This document shows, piece after piece, positions 47,684 through 58,168 of a DNA stretch of 64,000 nucleotides. A program made the translations under genes and the position numbers. Origin of the DNA: Candidatus Saccharimonadales bacterium (GTDB taxonomy: Bacteria; Patescibacteriota; Saccharimonadia; Saccharimonadales; 2-12-FULL-41-12). The stretch covers positions 18,964 through 82,963 of the forward strand of contig JAYRJB010000007.1 of NCBI GenBank assembly GCA_041906505.1. The letters run 5' to 3'. The stretch's first letter is position 1, and each line of letters starts with the position of its first letter. The notes under the pieces were generated by a model. The model ran no database searches and was not told the DNA's origin. It saw only the letters and a program-made list of their open reading frames with translations.

Positions 47684-48135
47684 AGCTTCAGATAACTCCG
47701 TTTTGCGGGTAATGAAATGTGTACCGATCGTTCATTTTCTTGCAGCGGCTGAAGCGAGACAACAATATGGGCACCTTGAAGTACCGGCGGCACATTCTGC
47801 GCCCATTCAAGTACTGCGACGCTGTGCTCATCTTCGGCTGCCTCTTCAATCTCATGGGCCATCAAAGAATCGTTCTGAATACGATAAAGATCAAAGTGAT
47901 GGAGCGAAAGCCTGCCCTTATATACATTGCGTAGTGTAAACGTTGGGCTACTTACTTCGTCTTTGGAGTCTAGGCCACGCGCGAGGCCGCGAACGAATGT
48001 TGTTTTGCCAGCTCCGAGATCACCAACCAACTCAATAACTTCGCCACCTTGAAGCAGCGAGCCAAATTTTTCCCCGAGCAGCTCAGTTTCTTCTGAACTT
48101 GCGGATTTGATTTCTGATATCTCCGCGGTACTCAT
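47680..48135 (-). CDS. tsaE: tRNA t6A biosynthesis ATPase TsaE
   Basis: Walker A GDLGAGKTTFVRG. Start set at Met 48135; it overlaps the upstream gene end by about 50 nt and overlaps tsaB by 4 nt. Confidence 0.75.
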   Translation of the reverse strand: MSTAEISEIKSASSEETELLGEKFGSLLQGGEVIELVGDLGAGKTTFVRGLARGLDSKDEVSSPTFTLRNVYKGRLSLHHFDLYRIQNDSLMAHEIEEAAEDEHSVAVLEWAQNVPPVLQGAHIVVSLQPLQENERSVHISLPAKRSYLKL

Positions 48136-49513
48136 ATACGCCATATAGTAGCGCGAGCGAACCCATAAAACCAAGCACCGCTGGATGTAGTGGTTGTCCC
48201 TCTACCAGAGCGGCGGCTTGGTTACTGGGATTCGGAGGTTTTGTAGTTTTTGGTTTTGAACTACTGGCTTTTTTGGCAGTCACAGTTTTTGCCGATGCAA
48301 CTTTTGGGGCTGAAGCTTTTTTTGTCGCAGCCTTTTTGGGCACCACTTTCACGGCACTTGAGACACCAAAAATGGGCGGGGCAACTACATTTTGAGTTGC
48401 TGGCGATGACACAGTAGACCACTGCCAGACATTATTGGTTATCTGCCAGCTTTGACCTTCGGGAGCGTCGCTATAGGCATCAGATGCGGCAATGCTTGCA
48501 CCGCTTGGATCAAAAAGCACTGCCCTGCCAGCAGCATTGGACAACACTAGGTCTGTATCTTTGCTATAAAGCACCAGATACGTCTTTGGCCCAATCGAAA
48601 GACCATTAAGATTTTGATGATACGTGAGGTTAGTTCCCGTTTTTAACACGTAGCCCGCAAGGTCGATTGTTTGGTCATTTGGGTTAAATAATTCTACAAA
48701 CTCATCGTTATCATCGGAGGCTGGCGCAGCTGGATTTGGTAGTAGTTCAGTTATTTGTAAGGGCAAGATTGCCACGACTGGCGGCGCTGGTGTTTCCGGC
48801 GCGGGAATCGGTTCTTCTGGAGGTGGCGTTTCAATCACCGGGTCGGTCGGTGGGTCGACCACTGGATCAACTGGAGGGGTAGTCTCTGGAGGGTCTTCAG
48901 CGGGCGGAATAACACTATCTGATATCGGATTTCCGTCAGCTTTTACAAAGTCGTTACTGTTTATGTCGGTATCTTGAAGGCTAACGCTGTCAATGCTTTT
49001 TCGGGTGAGAGTTTTTAGATTGCCTGGAGCCGGTGCAGCTACAGCTTCTGGTGATTTTGCTGTTCCCCAACCAACAAGATCATGCTGCGTAAGCGAACCT
49101 GCGGCTAGGTCACTACTGACCAGCCGCAAATGACCACCGCTATCAGCAAGTGGCTCGGAAAATGATTGATTGACTTGACCCGTGTAATACGTCGCTCTGC
49201 CAAGCAGATAGTGCTTCCGCGCACCAACCAGACCATTTAACGTCACCGACTGTGATGGCGATCCAAAATCATTATTCACACGACTTGCTGGGTGATATTC
49301 AAGCTTCCAATTGTTTATGTTTATTGTTTGGTCGCTATTATTATAGAGCTCGATAAATTCATCGTTGGCATTCACAATCCCACCGAGAGTCGAACCAGTT
49401 TGAATTTCGCTAATACGCATCCCCGCCTCGTTTGGGGTTGCTGAAGCGAGCTGTGGAGGCAAAAAAGCACACACGGCGATCAAGACGCAAGCGAGGTGAA
49501 ATATTTTTCTCAT
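48083..49513 (-). CDS. Secreted/membrane-anchored protein with two lamin-tail (LTD) domains and a Pro-rich linker
   Basis: Signal peptide. Two copies of the LTD signature (NDEFIELYNNSDQTININNWKL; DDNDEFVELFNPNDQTIDLAGYVL). PPETTPPVDPVVDPPTDP linker. C-terminal TM plus basic tail. Confidence 0.65.
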   Translation of the reverse strand: MRKIFHLACVLIAVCAFLPPQLASATPNEAGMRISEIQTGSTLGGIVNANDEFIELYNNSDQTININNWKLEYHPASRVNNDFGSPSQSVTLNGLVGARKHYLLGRATYYTGQVNQSFSEPLADSGGHLRLVSSDLAAGSLTQHDLVGWGTAKSPEAVAAPAPGNLKTLTRKSIDSVSLQDTDINSNDFVKADGNPISDSVIPPAEDPPETTPPVDPVVDPPTDPVIETPPPEEPIPAPETPAPPVVAILPLQITELLPNPAAPASDDNDEFVELFNPNDQTIDLAGYVLKTGTNLTYHQNLNGLSIGPKTYLVLYSKDTDLVLSNAAGRAVLFDPSGASIAASDAYSDAPEGQSWQITNNVWQWSTVSSPATQNVVAPPIFGVSSAVKVVPKKAATKKASAPKVASAKTVTAKKASSSKPKTTKPPNPSNQAAALVEGQPLHPAVLGFMGSLALLYGVYEYRGDIRNQIRKFRRN

Positions 49514-49584
49514 TGTGAGTTGGACCGAATTGTATGCTTCTTATGTTTAGCCTGCAAGCACATTTTGTATAATATAGTTCGACC

Positions 49585-50109
49585 ATGCTAAAGCTATTCG
49601 AGTCAACCAAGGGTACGTATGTCCTGTCACTTCGAACAGGCGGGCCGATTGCTGTTGTTGGAGACCCAATAATTAACCCAAATAATTTGTTTATTGAGGG
49701 CTGGTATGTGCAGGATACCCGAACCAAAGAAGTTTTGATTCTTCTCAGCCAAGACATTCGAGAAGTATTGCCACAGGGTTTCGCTGTCAACGACCACGAA
49801 GTGCTAAGTTCAGAGGACGAGCTGGTACGACTAAAAGAACTCATCGGTATTGGCTTTGGATTAATTGGGCTTCGCGTTTCTTCAACGAGTGGAAAAAACT
49901 ACGGAAAAGTGACCGACTTTGCACTCGAGACTAATTCTTTTTACATCCAAAAACTCTATGCTTCACAACCCATTGTAAAAAACTTCTCTGGGGGCACACT
50001 CAGTATTGATCGAATGCAGATAATTGAAATCACCAATCGACGAGTTGTCATAGAAGAACCATCAGAAAAGGTGCGAGCACCGGCAGTGTCGCCTACGGTT
50101 GCGGCTTAA
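49585..50109 (+). CDS. PRC-barrel domain protein (two tandem PRC-like modules)
   Basis: Weak PRC-barrel pattern (GxxVxxxxGxxxGxVxDxxxD) occurs twice. Confidence 0.4.
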   Translation: MLKLFESTKGTYVLSLRTGGPIAVVGDPIINPNNLFIEGWYVQDTRTKEVLILLSQDIREVLPQGFAVNDHEVLSSEDELVRLKELIGIGFGLIGLRVSSTSGKNYGKVTDFALETNSFYIQKLYASQPIVKNFSGGTLSIDRMQIIEITNRRVVIEEPSEKVRAPAVSPTVAA

Positions 50110-50695
50110 GTGCATCTTTGATGTCGCCATAGCTATAACCCTGGCGGGACAAGTACGCAATAAGTTTTTTGTCATCTTGATACCTTGTTTGACGGCGTTT
50201 TCTTGTTATTTCCTCCTGCAACACATCTTTGTCGTTGGTGGTGTCAGATGATAGGACTTCGCTGATGATCTCATCCGAAATGCGCTTTGCTTTTAGTTCG
50301 GCAACGAGTTTACGACGGCTGGTAGGTTTAAGGAGTCGGCGATTTTCAACCCAAACGTATGCAAACTTGCTGTCATCAACATATCCGCGCTCACTTAACA
50401 TGTTAAGTATTAATTGAATTTTTTCATTTGTCACGCCTTTTCGACGCAAGTAAGTCGTTATTTCCCACTTACTTCGAGACCGGCGCGAAAGCAGCCGAAG
50501 TACAGCCGCGTAGTACTTTTCTGTAGTTGATTGCTCTTTATATTGAAGAATTTGCTCCTTTGATACATCTTGACCAACCCGAATGGTGGCGTGAATTAGG
50601 GTGAATTCACCAACTCCGAAGCTAAACTTTCCATCAACAAAAACAGAGTATCTTCCTTTGTCTTTGGACTGTTGTTTGATGGCGGTAATCTTCAT
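50093..50695 (-). CDS. recX: RecA regulator RecX
   Basis: Start trimmed to MKITAIKQQ. Three helical repeats with YAAVLRLLSRRSRSKWEITTYLRRKGV. Confidence 0.75.
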   Translation of the reverse strand: MKITAIKQQSKDKGRYSVFVDGKFSFGVGEFTLIHATIRVGQDVSKEQILQYKEQSTTEKYYAAVLRLLSRRSRSKWEITTYLRRKGVTNEKIQLILNMLSERGYVDDSKFAYVWVENRRLLKPTSRRKLVAELKAKRISDEIISEVLSSDTTNDKDVLQEEITRKRRQTRYQDDKKLIAYLSRQGYSYGDIKDALKPQP

Positions 50696-51159
50696 AAAAG
50701 AGGCGCGATGATAATGATTGAGATGGTCGTTCCCCACAACAGTTCGATGTAAAGCCCCCTTTGGCGCTCGCCCCACTGAATGTTGCTATGAAATTTCGAA
50801 AACCAGCTTTTAGAAATTGCCACCTTCTCTGTTAGTTCCCGATATAATCGGTATCCCCAGACAAGATCGGGGCAAATCGCCGCAAACATGCACGCCCACA
50901 CTATCCATATATTCATAGCAAGACTTTGGGTAATCCATGGGGCAATCAGAAACAAAATGGCACAAATTGCTAAATCGAGGGTAGTCACCGTTCGAAAAAG
51001 ACTGGATGAATTACGAGTTTTGGGGTTTTTTGAAACCCCAAAATGTGGCAGCACATCAAGCGCAAAGTGCGAGGCAAAGGCAATGGGAATTGCCAGCAGC
51101 GGTTCGTCAATTACCGTCGCAATGAGTGCTCCAGTGAGGGCGTGATTAGTGGCCGTCAT
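50692..51159 (-). CDS. DUF457/YdjM-like membrane-bound metal-dependent hydrolase
   Basis: N-terminal TNHALTGALIA and His-rich helices. Such genes are SOS-regulated in Firmicutes. Sits between mazG and recX. Confidence 0.45.
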   Translation of the reverse strand: MTATNHALTGALIATVIDEPLLAIPIAFASHFALDVLPHFGVSKNPKTRNSSSLFRTVTTLDLAICAILFLIAPWITQSLAMNIWIVWACMFAAICPDLVWGYRLYRELTEKVAISKSWFSKFHSNIQWGERQRGLYIELLWGTTISIIIIAPLL

Positions 51160-51457
51160 TTGAATATTTTGGGCGGGAAGCATTCTTTGCTTCCTTATGA
51201 ATAAACGCCTTTTCTAGGTCGATCTTGTGTCGGTTACAAAGATCTAGCAACAGCCAAAAAATGTCAGCCAACTCATCCTCAAGCTCACGTCTTTTCGAGT
51301 GATCACCTATCTTCATGCCATGCGTTCGGCGTATCGCTTTTGCCAACTCACCTACTTCTTCGGTTAAGAGCAAGAATACCTCCGGGATCGTTTCCTTGTC
51401 ATAGCCTCGTTCAACGACAAGTTTTGCAATGCGTGCTTGGTACTCTGGAAGTGTCAT
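51146..51457 (-). CDS. MazG-like nucleoside triphosphate pyrophosphohydrolase (small)
   Basis: LLLTEEVGELAKAIR...ELEDELADIFWLLLDLCN EExxE/DxxD helices. Confidence 0.75.
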   Translation of the reverse strand: MTLPEYQARIAKLVVERGYDKETIPEVFLLLTEEVGELAKAIRRTHGMKIGDHSKRRELEDELADIFWLLLDLCNRHKIDLEKAFIHKEAKNASRPKYSNDGH

Positions 51458-51461
51458 CTGA

Positions 51462-52487
51462 TTACTCGGTCACAACCGCCTTTTTAACTTTATCGGCAAT
51501 TTCTTTCATGGTTTTTGGGTTGGCCTCGAGATATTCTTTTGTCGCTTCTCTTCCCTGGCCAATTTTGCCCTCACCATACGCAAACCAAGCGCCGCTTTTT
51601 TCCACAATACCGTGTTCGACAGCTAGATCTAGAATGTCGCCCGACCGGCTAATTCCTTGGTTGTACATAATGTCAAATTCGGCTTGACGAAACGGCGGAG
51701 CGACCTTATTCTTTACGACCTTAACTCGAGTCCGATTGCCTACAACTTCCTCGCCAACTTTTATCTGAGATATCCGCCGAATATCCATTCGTACTGAAGA
51801 ATAGAATTTGAGGGCATTCCCGCCAGTCGTGGTCTCTGGATTACCGAACATCACACCAATCTTCATCCTAATTTGGTTAATGAAAATGATGGTGGTATTC
51901 GACCGACTGATGATGCCGGTAAGTTTTCGAAGCGCTTGGCTCATTAATCGAGCTTGAAGACCCATGTGAGAGTCACCCATGTCTCCTTCGATCTCTGCAC
52001 GGGGCACTAGTGCCGCAACTGAGTCAACGACAATAAGATCAACCGCGTTGCTTCTTACTAGCGTCTCGGTGATCTCGAGTGCTTGTTCGCCGTTGTCGGG
52101 CTGCGAAATGAGTAAGTTGTCAGTATCTACCCCCAACCGCTTTGCGTACGCGGGATCAAGCGCGTGTTCTGCGTCAATAAACGCGGCGGTGCCACCTTGT
52201 TTTTGTATTTCCGCGATGGCATGCAAGGTCAAGGTTGTTTTACCAGAACTTTCTGGTCCATAAATCTCAATAATTCGGCCTTTTGGTATCCCGCCACCAA
52301 GCGCAATATCAAGGCTTAAGCTGCCAGTTGAGACCGTCTCTACAGCCGTCTTATGAGCCTCGCCAAGCTTCATAATAGAGCCCTTGCCAAATTGTTTTTC
52401 TATAGTTTCTAGTGCCAGACCAAGAGCTTTGGTTTTACCTGCACTTTCTTCGCCACCTTTTTCTGTCCTTGCTGTCTTATCAGCCAC
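51462..52487 (-). CDS. recA: Recombinase RecA
   Basis: [13 protein letters not shown] Walker A and loop L1/L2 regions. Probable GTG start at 52487, 5 nt after GGAGG. The track's TTG at 52499 lies inside the SD. Confidence 0.9.
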   Translation of the reverse strand: MADKTARTEKGGEESAGKTKALGLALETIEKQFGKGSIMKLGEAHKTAVETVSTGSLSLDIALGGGIPKGRIIEIYGPESSGKTTLTLHAIAEIQKQGGTAAFIDAEHALDPAYAKRLGVDTDNLLISQPDNGEQALEITETLVRSNAVDLIVVDSVAALVPRAEIEGDMGDSHMGLQARLMSQALRKLTGIISRSNTTIIFINQIRMKIGVMFGNPETTTGGNALKFYSSVRMDIRRISQIKVGEEVVGNRTRVKVVKNKVAPPFRQAEFDIMYNQGISRSGDILDLAVEHGIVEKSGAWFAYGEGKIGQGREATKEYLEANPKTMKEIADKVKKAVVTE

Positions 52488-52596
52488 ACGCACCTCCAAT
52501 GTGAGAATATTATTAGGCTATGCGGCTAGTATAGCACTCGGTTCTCATATATTTACGCTTGTGCTTATTTGATTTACACTACTAAACTAAGTGGTT

Positions 52597-53181
52597 ATGA
52601 AAAAATTAGAACTTCTCGGCAAAAAAGGTTTTACGCTCATAGAATTACTGATGATAATTACCCTTATTGGCATACTCTCGGGCATTACCTACTCTGTCGC
52701 AGTGCCTAGATGGCGAGAGCGAACCTATTATACCCGCAGCGTTGCTGAGATGTCGTCAATTGCAAACGGCATGAAGTTGTACGTTGCAAAATACAACGAC
52801 TTCCCTCCAGACGCCAGTCGTAATCTCCCGTCTGGTATTCAAGAATTTGTGCAGGGCCAAGAAGCAAAAGATGACTGGCCCTCAGCGCCGTTTCCAGGCA
52901 GTGTGTATGACTGGGATAATTGGCCACCAGACGGTAATGGTCCTTTGCAAACTTACCAAATAAGCATCCGCTTTTGTGGCGTTGGCGATGACGCAACGTG
53001 CAAGAAAATGGCCAAGAAATATCTGGCAGGCAGAACATCCGACACAATACTCAACAGCTGGGATAGCTACAGCGCCATGTATTACTGCGTAAAAGGTTCT
53101 TGTCGTTCACATCAGAGCAAGCCCATAAACCACCCCGGTTTTTGCATCAATTGCGGATCTAGTCAGTCACAGATCTACTAG
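52597..53181 (+). CDS. Type IV pilin-like protein (prepilin with class III signal peptide, Cys-rich C-terminal domain)
   Basis: MKKLELLGKKG|FTLIELLMIITLIGILSG prepilin cleavage/methylation motif. Eight cysteines in the C-terminal half. Confidence 0.8.
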   Translation: MKKLELLGKKGFTLIELLMIITLIGILSGITYSVAVPRWRERTYYTRSVAEMSSIANGMKLYVAKYNDFPPDASRNLPSGIQEFVQGQEAKDDWPSAPFPGSVYDWDNWPPDGNGPLQTYQISIRFCGVGDDATCKKMAKKYLAGRTSDTILNSWDSYSAMYYCVKGSCRSHQSKPINHPGFCINCGSSQSQIY

Positions 53182-53247
53182 CAGGCGCTAAGAAGTCACA
53201 GCACTCGACATCACGCTTGTGTTTTTCATGTATACTACATAATAACT

Positions 53248-55065
53248 ATGCGTATTTCAGATGGCCTGGTGGAGCAATTACTTCGAGATGCAAATAAAGT
53301 CGATGAAGCACAGCTAACGTCCCTCCGAGAGCAAGAAAAAACCGAAAAAAAGCCGCTTCAAGATATCGTTATCAAGAACAATTTGATAAGCGAAAAAGAT
53401 TTGACCAAGCTGTATTCGAAGGAAATTGACGTTCCTTATATTGAGCTCAACGCCAAAGAACTAAAAAGGGAAATTTTGCGATTAGTTCCAGAGCGAATTG
53501 CAAAACAGTACAAAGTGGTCCTATTTGGGGTTGAAGATGATGGCTCAAAATTGTTGGCCATGGAAGACCCCGATGACATTCAAGCACTTAATTTTCTACA
53601 AAAGCAGCTGGGGTCCAAAATTAAAGTACACGTTGCGACGAGCTCAAATATTTCTCAAGCACTCGATCAATATCGAGAAAATGTCAGCAGTGAACTCACG
53701 AAGGTTCTTAGTCCAGAAGAGAGCGAAAATGAGGGAGACGATGAAGACATTAGCGAAGAGGATCTGGCCGAAGACTCACCAATTGCCCAAACCGTAAATC
53801 TAATAATTGAATATGCCGTTCGCGCGGGAGCAAGTGACATTCACATCGAACCCAGAGATGACTACATTGTTGTTCGGTATCGGATTGACGGCATTCTTAA
53901 AGAGGCCAATAAATTACCAAAGAAAGTTCATGGGGCACTCGTAAGTCGCATAAAGATTCTTAGTAATTTAAAGATTGATGAGCGTCGTTCACCCCAAGAT
54001 GGTCGCTTTAAGATTCAGATTGGTAGCGGAATCTATGCGCTGCGCGTCTCTACGCTCCCGATAACTGACGGCGAAAAAGTAGTAATGCGTATCTTAAGCG
54101 AATCGAGCAAAGCCGCCACGCTCGATGAACTTGGATTTTGGGGGTCAGCACTAAACACAATCAACGATGCGATTATACAGCCGCACGGCATGATTTTGGT
54201 CACAGGACCAACAGGATCTGGGAAATCAACTACACTTTTTAGCATTCTAAGCTTACTCAACAAACCGAGTGTAAATATTTCAACAATCGAAGATCCGGTT
54301 GAATACAAAATCCCTGGCGCAAATCAGACACAAGTAAACCCCAAGGCCAACATGACTTTTGCAGCCGGTCTGCGCGCCCTGCTGAGACAAGATCCTAACA
54401 TCATTATGGTTGGCGAGATTAGGGACGGCGAGACGTCCGCACTTGGGGTTCAAGCAGCGCTCACAGGTCACCTTGTATTTGCAACTCTCCACACCAATAA
54501 TGCTGCGACTTGTCTGCCGCGCTTACTCGATATGGGTATTGAGCCATTTTTGATTGCTAGCACAGTTCGCGCGGTGGTTGGTCAAAGATTAGTCCGCAGA
54601 CTATGTGTCGATTGCCGAGAGCCCCATGCTCCAGATGAAGCAACCTTAAAACAAATTGCAAAAATTTTTCACACTGATGATGCGAAGTATATGAAGTTTA
54701 TTCATGGACTCGAAAAAGAGGCGCTGGATGCAGGAATTGGTAAGTCAAACACCAGCAAAGTAAACAAAAACTCGCCCGAAGCACTCGGAACCAGTGACGC
54801 AAAAATATTAAAAATCTGGAAGGCCAAAGACAAGGGCTGCGAATCTTGTAACCACACCGGCTATAAAGGGCGAATTGGCATCTACGAAGTTCTTGGCAAT
54901 TCCGAAAAGGTTCAACATCTTATAGTAGCCAATTCAACCAGTGATGAGATACAATCACAAGCAATAACCGACGGGATGCTTACCATGCAGCTTGACGGAT
55001 TTATTAAAGCCCTTCGCGGACAAACAAGCATTGAAGAAATTCTTCGCGTCACATCAGAGAGTTAG
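53248..55065 (+). CDS. pilB: Type IV pilus assembly ATPase PilB (GspE family)
   Basis: Walker A LVTGPTGSGKSTT, Asp/His boxes, tetracysteine motif CVDC...CESC. Confidence 0.9.
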   Translation: MRISDGLVEQLLRDANKVDEAQLTSLREQEKTEKKPLQDIVIKNNLISEKDLTKLYSKEIDVPYIELNAKELKREILRLVPERIAKQYKVVLFGVEDDGSKLLAMEDPDDIQALNFLQKQLGSKIKVHVATSSNISQALDQYRENVSSELTKVLSPEESENEGDDEDISEEDLAEDSPIAQTVNLIIEYAVRAGASDIHIEPRDDYIVVRYRIDGILKEANKLPKKVHGALVSRIKILSNLKIDERRSPQDGRFKIQIGSGIYALRVSTLPITDGEKVVMRILSESSKAATLDELGFWGSALNTINDAIIQPHGMILVTGPTGSGKSTTLFSILSLLNKPSVNISTIEDPVEYKIPGANQTQVNPKANMTFAAGLRALLRQDPNIIMVGEIRDGETSALGVQAALTGHLVFATLHTNNAATCLPRLLDMGIEPFLIASTVRAVVGQRLVRRLCVDCREPHAPDEATLKQIAKIFHTDDAKYMKFIHGLEKEALDAGIGKSNTSKVNKNSPEALGTSDAKILKIWKAKDKGCESCNHTGYKGRIGIYEVLGNSEKVQHLIVANSTSDEIQSQAITDGMLTMQLDGFIKALRGQTSIEEILRVTSES

Positions 55066-55073
55066 AAAAACAC

Positions 55074-56288
55074 ATGGCACAATTTAGCTTTACTGCTACA
55101 AAAAACGGAAAAAAGTTTAATGGCACCCTCGAGGCAACCAGCAAGGATGCGGTACTAGAAGCGCTCCACAAACAAGGAATGCAGCCTTTAGTTGTAAAGC
55201 TTACGAGTGCAAAAAATGACGGAAAACATCGCCGGGGAAGAGTAAAGCAAAAAGATCTCGTTGTATTTACGCGCCAGCTTTCGACAATGATATCCGCTGG
55301 TGTGCCGCTCACGCGGTCAATGACCACCCTACAACAACAAGCCGACAACAAATATTTTAAAGAGGTTATCAGCGGGGTGACGAAAGACATCGAGGGCGGA
55401 GTTTCTTTGGCTGATTCGCTTGCGAAATACCCAAGAGTATTCAGTGATGTATATGTCAACATGGTGCGAGCAGGAGAGGCTGGCGGTATACTCGACGAAA
55501 TCTTGAAACGACTTGCAGAACAAGTAGAAAAAGATGCAACTATTCGAAAAAAAATAAAAAGCGCCTCAGCTTATCCAACAGTAATTTTTGGAGTAACCAT
55601 TATTGCTTTTTTTGGAATTATGATTGTTGTAATTCCCAAACTCGGAAAAATCATCAAAGACTTGGGTGGGCCGGACGCAAAGCTTCCTGTATATACCCAG
55701 GCGATGCTTAATTTGAGCAATTTTATGCAAAAAAATGCCATCTTTCTCATTATCGGAGCAGTGGTGACGGTCGTTCTTGTCCGTCGCTACATACGAACAC
55801 CAAACGGAAAATATAAGTTTCATGCGCTTTTACTACGAACCCCCATCATAAAGACCATTATTACGAAGATCGCGATCGCTCGGTTTGCGCGAACGTTTGC
55901 TTCGCTTATGTCGGCTGGGGTTGGTGTGCTTGATGCCTTGGAAGTAACGGGAGGTGCCATTGGCAACAAAGTTATAGAAGCAGAATTAAAAGACGCTGCC
56001 AAGCAAGTCAAAAACGGAAAACAACTTTCTGAGCCGTTGTCGAAAAGTGCCCACTTCCCACCTATTATTGCCCAGATGTTGGCAATTGGCGAAGAAACTG
56101 GCCAAATAGACACCATACTCGTGAAAGTCGCAGACTTTTACGAAGAAGAGGTAGATGCGGTCATCGACGGAGTAAGTGCGCTCATTGAGCCGTTAATGAT
56201 TATTGTGCTTGGCAGTATTGTTGGACTGATTGCTGCAAGCGTTATGGGACCAATCGCAAGCTTGAGCCAGAATGTGAGTGGCGGTTAA
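55074..56288 (+). CDS. pilC: Type IV pilus platform protein PilC (GspF family)
   Basis: Two T2SSF repeats, three TM segments. 404 aa. Confidence 0.85.
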   Translation: MAQFSFTATKNGKKFNGTLEATSKDAVLEALHKQGMQPLVVKLTSAKNDGKHRRGRVKQKDLVVFTRQLSTMISAGVPLTRSMTTLQQQADNKYFKEVISGVTKDIEGGVSLADSLAKYPRVFSDVYVNMVRAGEAGGILDEILKRLAEQVEKDATIRKKIKSASAYPTVIFGVTIIAFFGIMIVVIPKLGKIIKDLGGPDAKLPVYTQAMLNLSNFMQKNAIFLIIGAVVTVVLVRRYIRTPNGKYKFHALLLRTPIIKTIITKIAIARFARTFASLMSAGVGVLDALEVTGGAIGNKVIEAELKDAAKQVKNGKQLSEPLSKSAHFPPIIAQMLAIGEETGQIDTILVKVADFYEEEVDAVIDGVSALIEPLMIIVLGSIVGLIAASVMGPIASLSQNVSGG

Positions 56289-56323
56289 GGACCACGTCCT
56301 CTTAAAAAATGAGCACAAAGTGC

Positions 56324-56352
56324 TTGACCTCTTAGAGCTAATGCTTAATAAT
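56324..56352 (+). promoter_or_regulatory. Putative sigma70-type promoter of the major pilin gene
   Basis: TTGACC, 16-nt spacer, TAATAAT. About 95-nt leader ending in AGGAGGGTGGG SD before the ATG at 56448. Confidence 0.35.
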
Positions 56353-56447
56353 CAGTTCTCAGATACTTATCTATCTCTTAAAGCATTAGTGAAGAGTAGA
56401 AAGATCGTAATGTTACAAAACAAATTAAACAAGGAGGGTGGGTCCTT

Positions 56448-56897
56448 ATGATCTCACTAAAACGTAAAGATAGCGGTTTTACCATCGTCGAGCTCTTGAT
56501 TGTGATCGTCGTGATTGGTATTTTGGCTGCTTTAGTAGTAACAACATTTAGCGGTATTCAGAAGAAGGCCCGTGATAGCGAGCGCCAAACTGACATTAAC
56601 GCGCTGCATGGACAAGTTGAGGCATACTATGCGCAAAATGGTAAGTATCCAACACTTGCGAACCTCAACGACACTACGTGGGTTTCAGCAAATCTAAAGG
56701 GACTTGATCCCGCTGCCTTAAAGGATCCTCGTGGTACAGGCAGCACGCTGGCTGCAACAGCAGCATCGGGCACCTATTCATACGCAGTAACGCCTGCTGG
56801 TTGTGATAACGGTACCGGTGGCGATTGTACAGGCTATACACTGACTGCAACAAACGAAGGTTCACCTGCGACATACGTCAAAACAAGCTTGAACTAG
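56448..56897 (+). CDS. pilA: Major type IV pilin
   Basis: MISLKRKDSG|FTIVELLIVIVVIGILAALVV. Strong SD. Strong terminator immediately downstream. Confidence 0.85.
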   Translation: MISLKRKDSGFTIVELLIVIVVIGILAALVVTTFSGIQKKARDSERQTDINALHGQVEAYYAQNGKYPTLANLNDTTWVSANLKGLDPAALKDPRGTGSTLAATAASGTYSYAVTPAGCDNGTGGDCTGYTLTATNEGSPATYVKTSLN

Positions 56898-56926
56898 ATT
56901 GTAGTATCTACACTAAAGTTTTAATC

Positions 56927-56958
56927 AAAACCCTAGGCAAATAGCCTAGGGTTTTTAA
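56927..56958 (+). terminator. Strong rho-independent terminator after pilA
   Basis: AAAACCCTAGGC-AAATA-GCCTAGGGTTTT, a perfect 11-12-bp stem followed by a T-run. Confidence 0.75.
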
Positions 56959-57011
56959 TAGATCAAAGCTAGTGCTTATTGCACAATAAAGCGATATACT
57001 AAACCATAAGC

Positions 57012-57434
57012 ATGGGTGTGAAAATAGAAACTGAAGATGGTTTTTCTGTAGTTGAATTACTTATAACTCTCATAATTATTGGTATTTTCTTTGGTTCGTT
57101 TACGCTAGCTTTTACCTCAATCCAAGGAATAAACAAAAAAGCCAATGATGTTATCGATGCAAATCAAATCGCATTTTCTAAAATGCAGGAATATGAAAAC
57201 AAATCCTTTACTTCAATAACCACTACCACACCTATTGGTAGCCTGGTAGAAGTCGAAAATTTCAGCAGCAGCCTTCCCACCAAGCTTGAAGCGCCACGAA
57301 CGGGAAAGGTATATGTTAATACTCTCTCTCCTACCCTAAAACAGGTTATTATCACGGTTGAATTTGGAAGCGGCAGCGCCATTCGCCGCGTACAGTACGG
57401 TAATTTTATTCAAGCTCAAGGAATAGGCAGATGA
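57012..57434 (+). CDS. Minor pilin/pseudopilin
   Basis: MGVKIETEDG|FSVVELLITLIIIGIFFG prepilin motif. Confidence 0.75.
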   Translation: MGVKIETEDGFSVVELLITLIIIGIFFGSFTLAFTSIQGINKKANDVIDANQIAFSKMQEYENKSFTSITTTTPIGSLVEVENFSSSLPTKLEAPRTGKVYVNTLSPTLKQVIITVEFGSGSAIRRVQYGNFIQAQGIGR

Positions 57435-58168
57435 AGCTGTCTCGATTCAATCAGTCCACCAAAGGCTTTACGCTCATAGAGGTTTTGGTGATCTCACCAG
57501 TCGTAATGATTACAGTTATCCTTACTATGAGTTATCTATTTAACCAGTACGGTGAGCTCACGAAGCAAGGAACCCAAATTATATTAAAAACCCAAGCCCA
57601 GACTATTTCGTTTAGCATGCAAGACGATGTATTCTTCTCAACTAGTTTCGCTAGCGATAAAAACGACAACCTAGTAGATGCCTACGCACCGTCTGGTGGC
57701 TGGAAAAGCAACACAAATCCACCTACACTTATACTGTCGTCCGTGGCCCTCACCCAAAGTCGAAAAAATGCCTCAAGAAGCCCGGTCTATATTAATACTC
57801 TCGGCTGCTCACCAGACGATGTGAAGGCTCAGAACGACGAGCTTCAAAATAACATTATTTATTTTGTGAATGGTACAAATCTTTACAAGCGCATATTGAC
57901 CGCGCCGAGTAGTCTGTCGACGTGTGGCACGAGCTACCAAAAGCAAAGCTGCCCAGAGCCGAACGCCACTGCCGCCTGCCCCAAAGACATACTTCTCACT
58001 GACAAATTGAGTAGTTTTGGCGTCACCTACTATGACGTCAACAACGCTGTGACAACCACTCCAGAGCTGGCTGAAAAAATAAAGGTTGACCTCACACTCC
58101 AAGACAAGGCTGACGCCGAAGACATCACAGCCTCGAGTAGCTTAGTTCTAAAGAAGTTAAACGAATGA
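57431..58168 (+). CDS. Minor pilin/pseudopilin (PilW/FimT-like)
   Basis: MKLSRFNQSTKG|FTLIEVLV prepilin motif. 4-nt overlap with the upstream gene. Confidence 0.75.
   Translation: MKLSRFNQSTKGFTLIEVLVISPVVMITVILTMSYLFNQYGELTKQGTQIILKTQAQTISFSMQDDVFFSTSFASDKNDNLVDAYAPSGGWKSNTNPPTLILSSVALTQSRKNASRSPVYINTLGCSPDDVKAQNDELQNNIIYFVNGTNLYKRILTAPSSLSTCGTSYQKQSCPEPNATAACPKDILLTDKLSSFGVTYYDVNNAVTTTPELAEKIKVDLTLQDKADAEDITASSSLVLKKLNE

Noticed and set aside
52500-52590. LexA/Cheo-box upstream of recA
   Set aside because: No GAAC-N4-GTTC or CGAACnnnnGTTCG-type palindrome is present, only a TATACT -10 element. SOS regulation cannot be asserted from the sequence.
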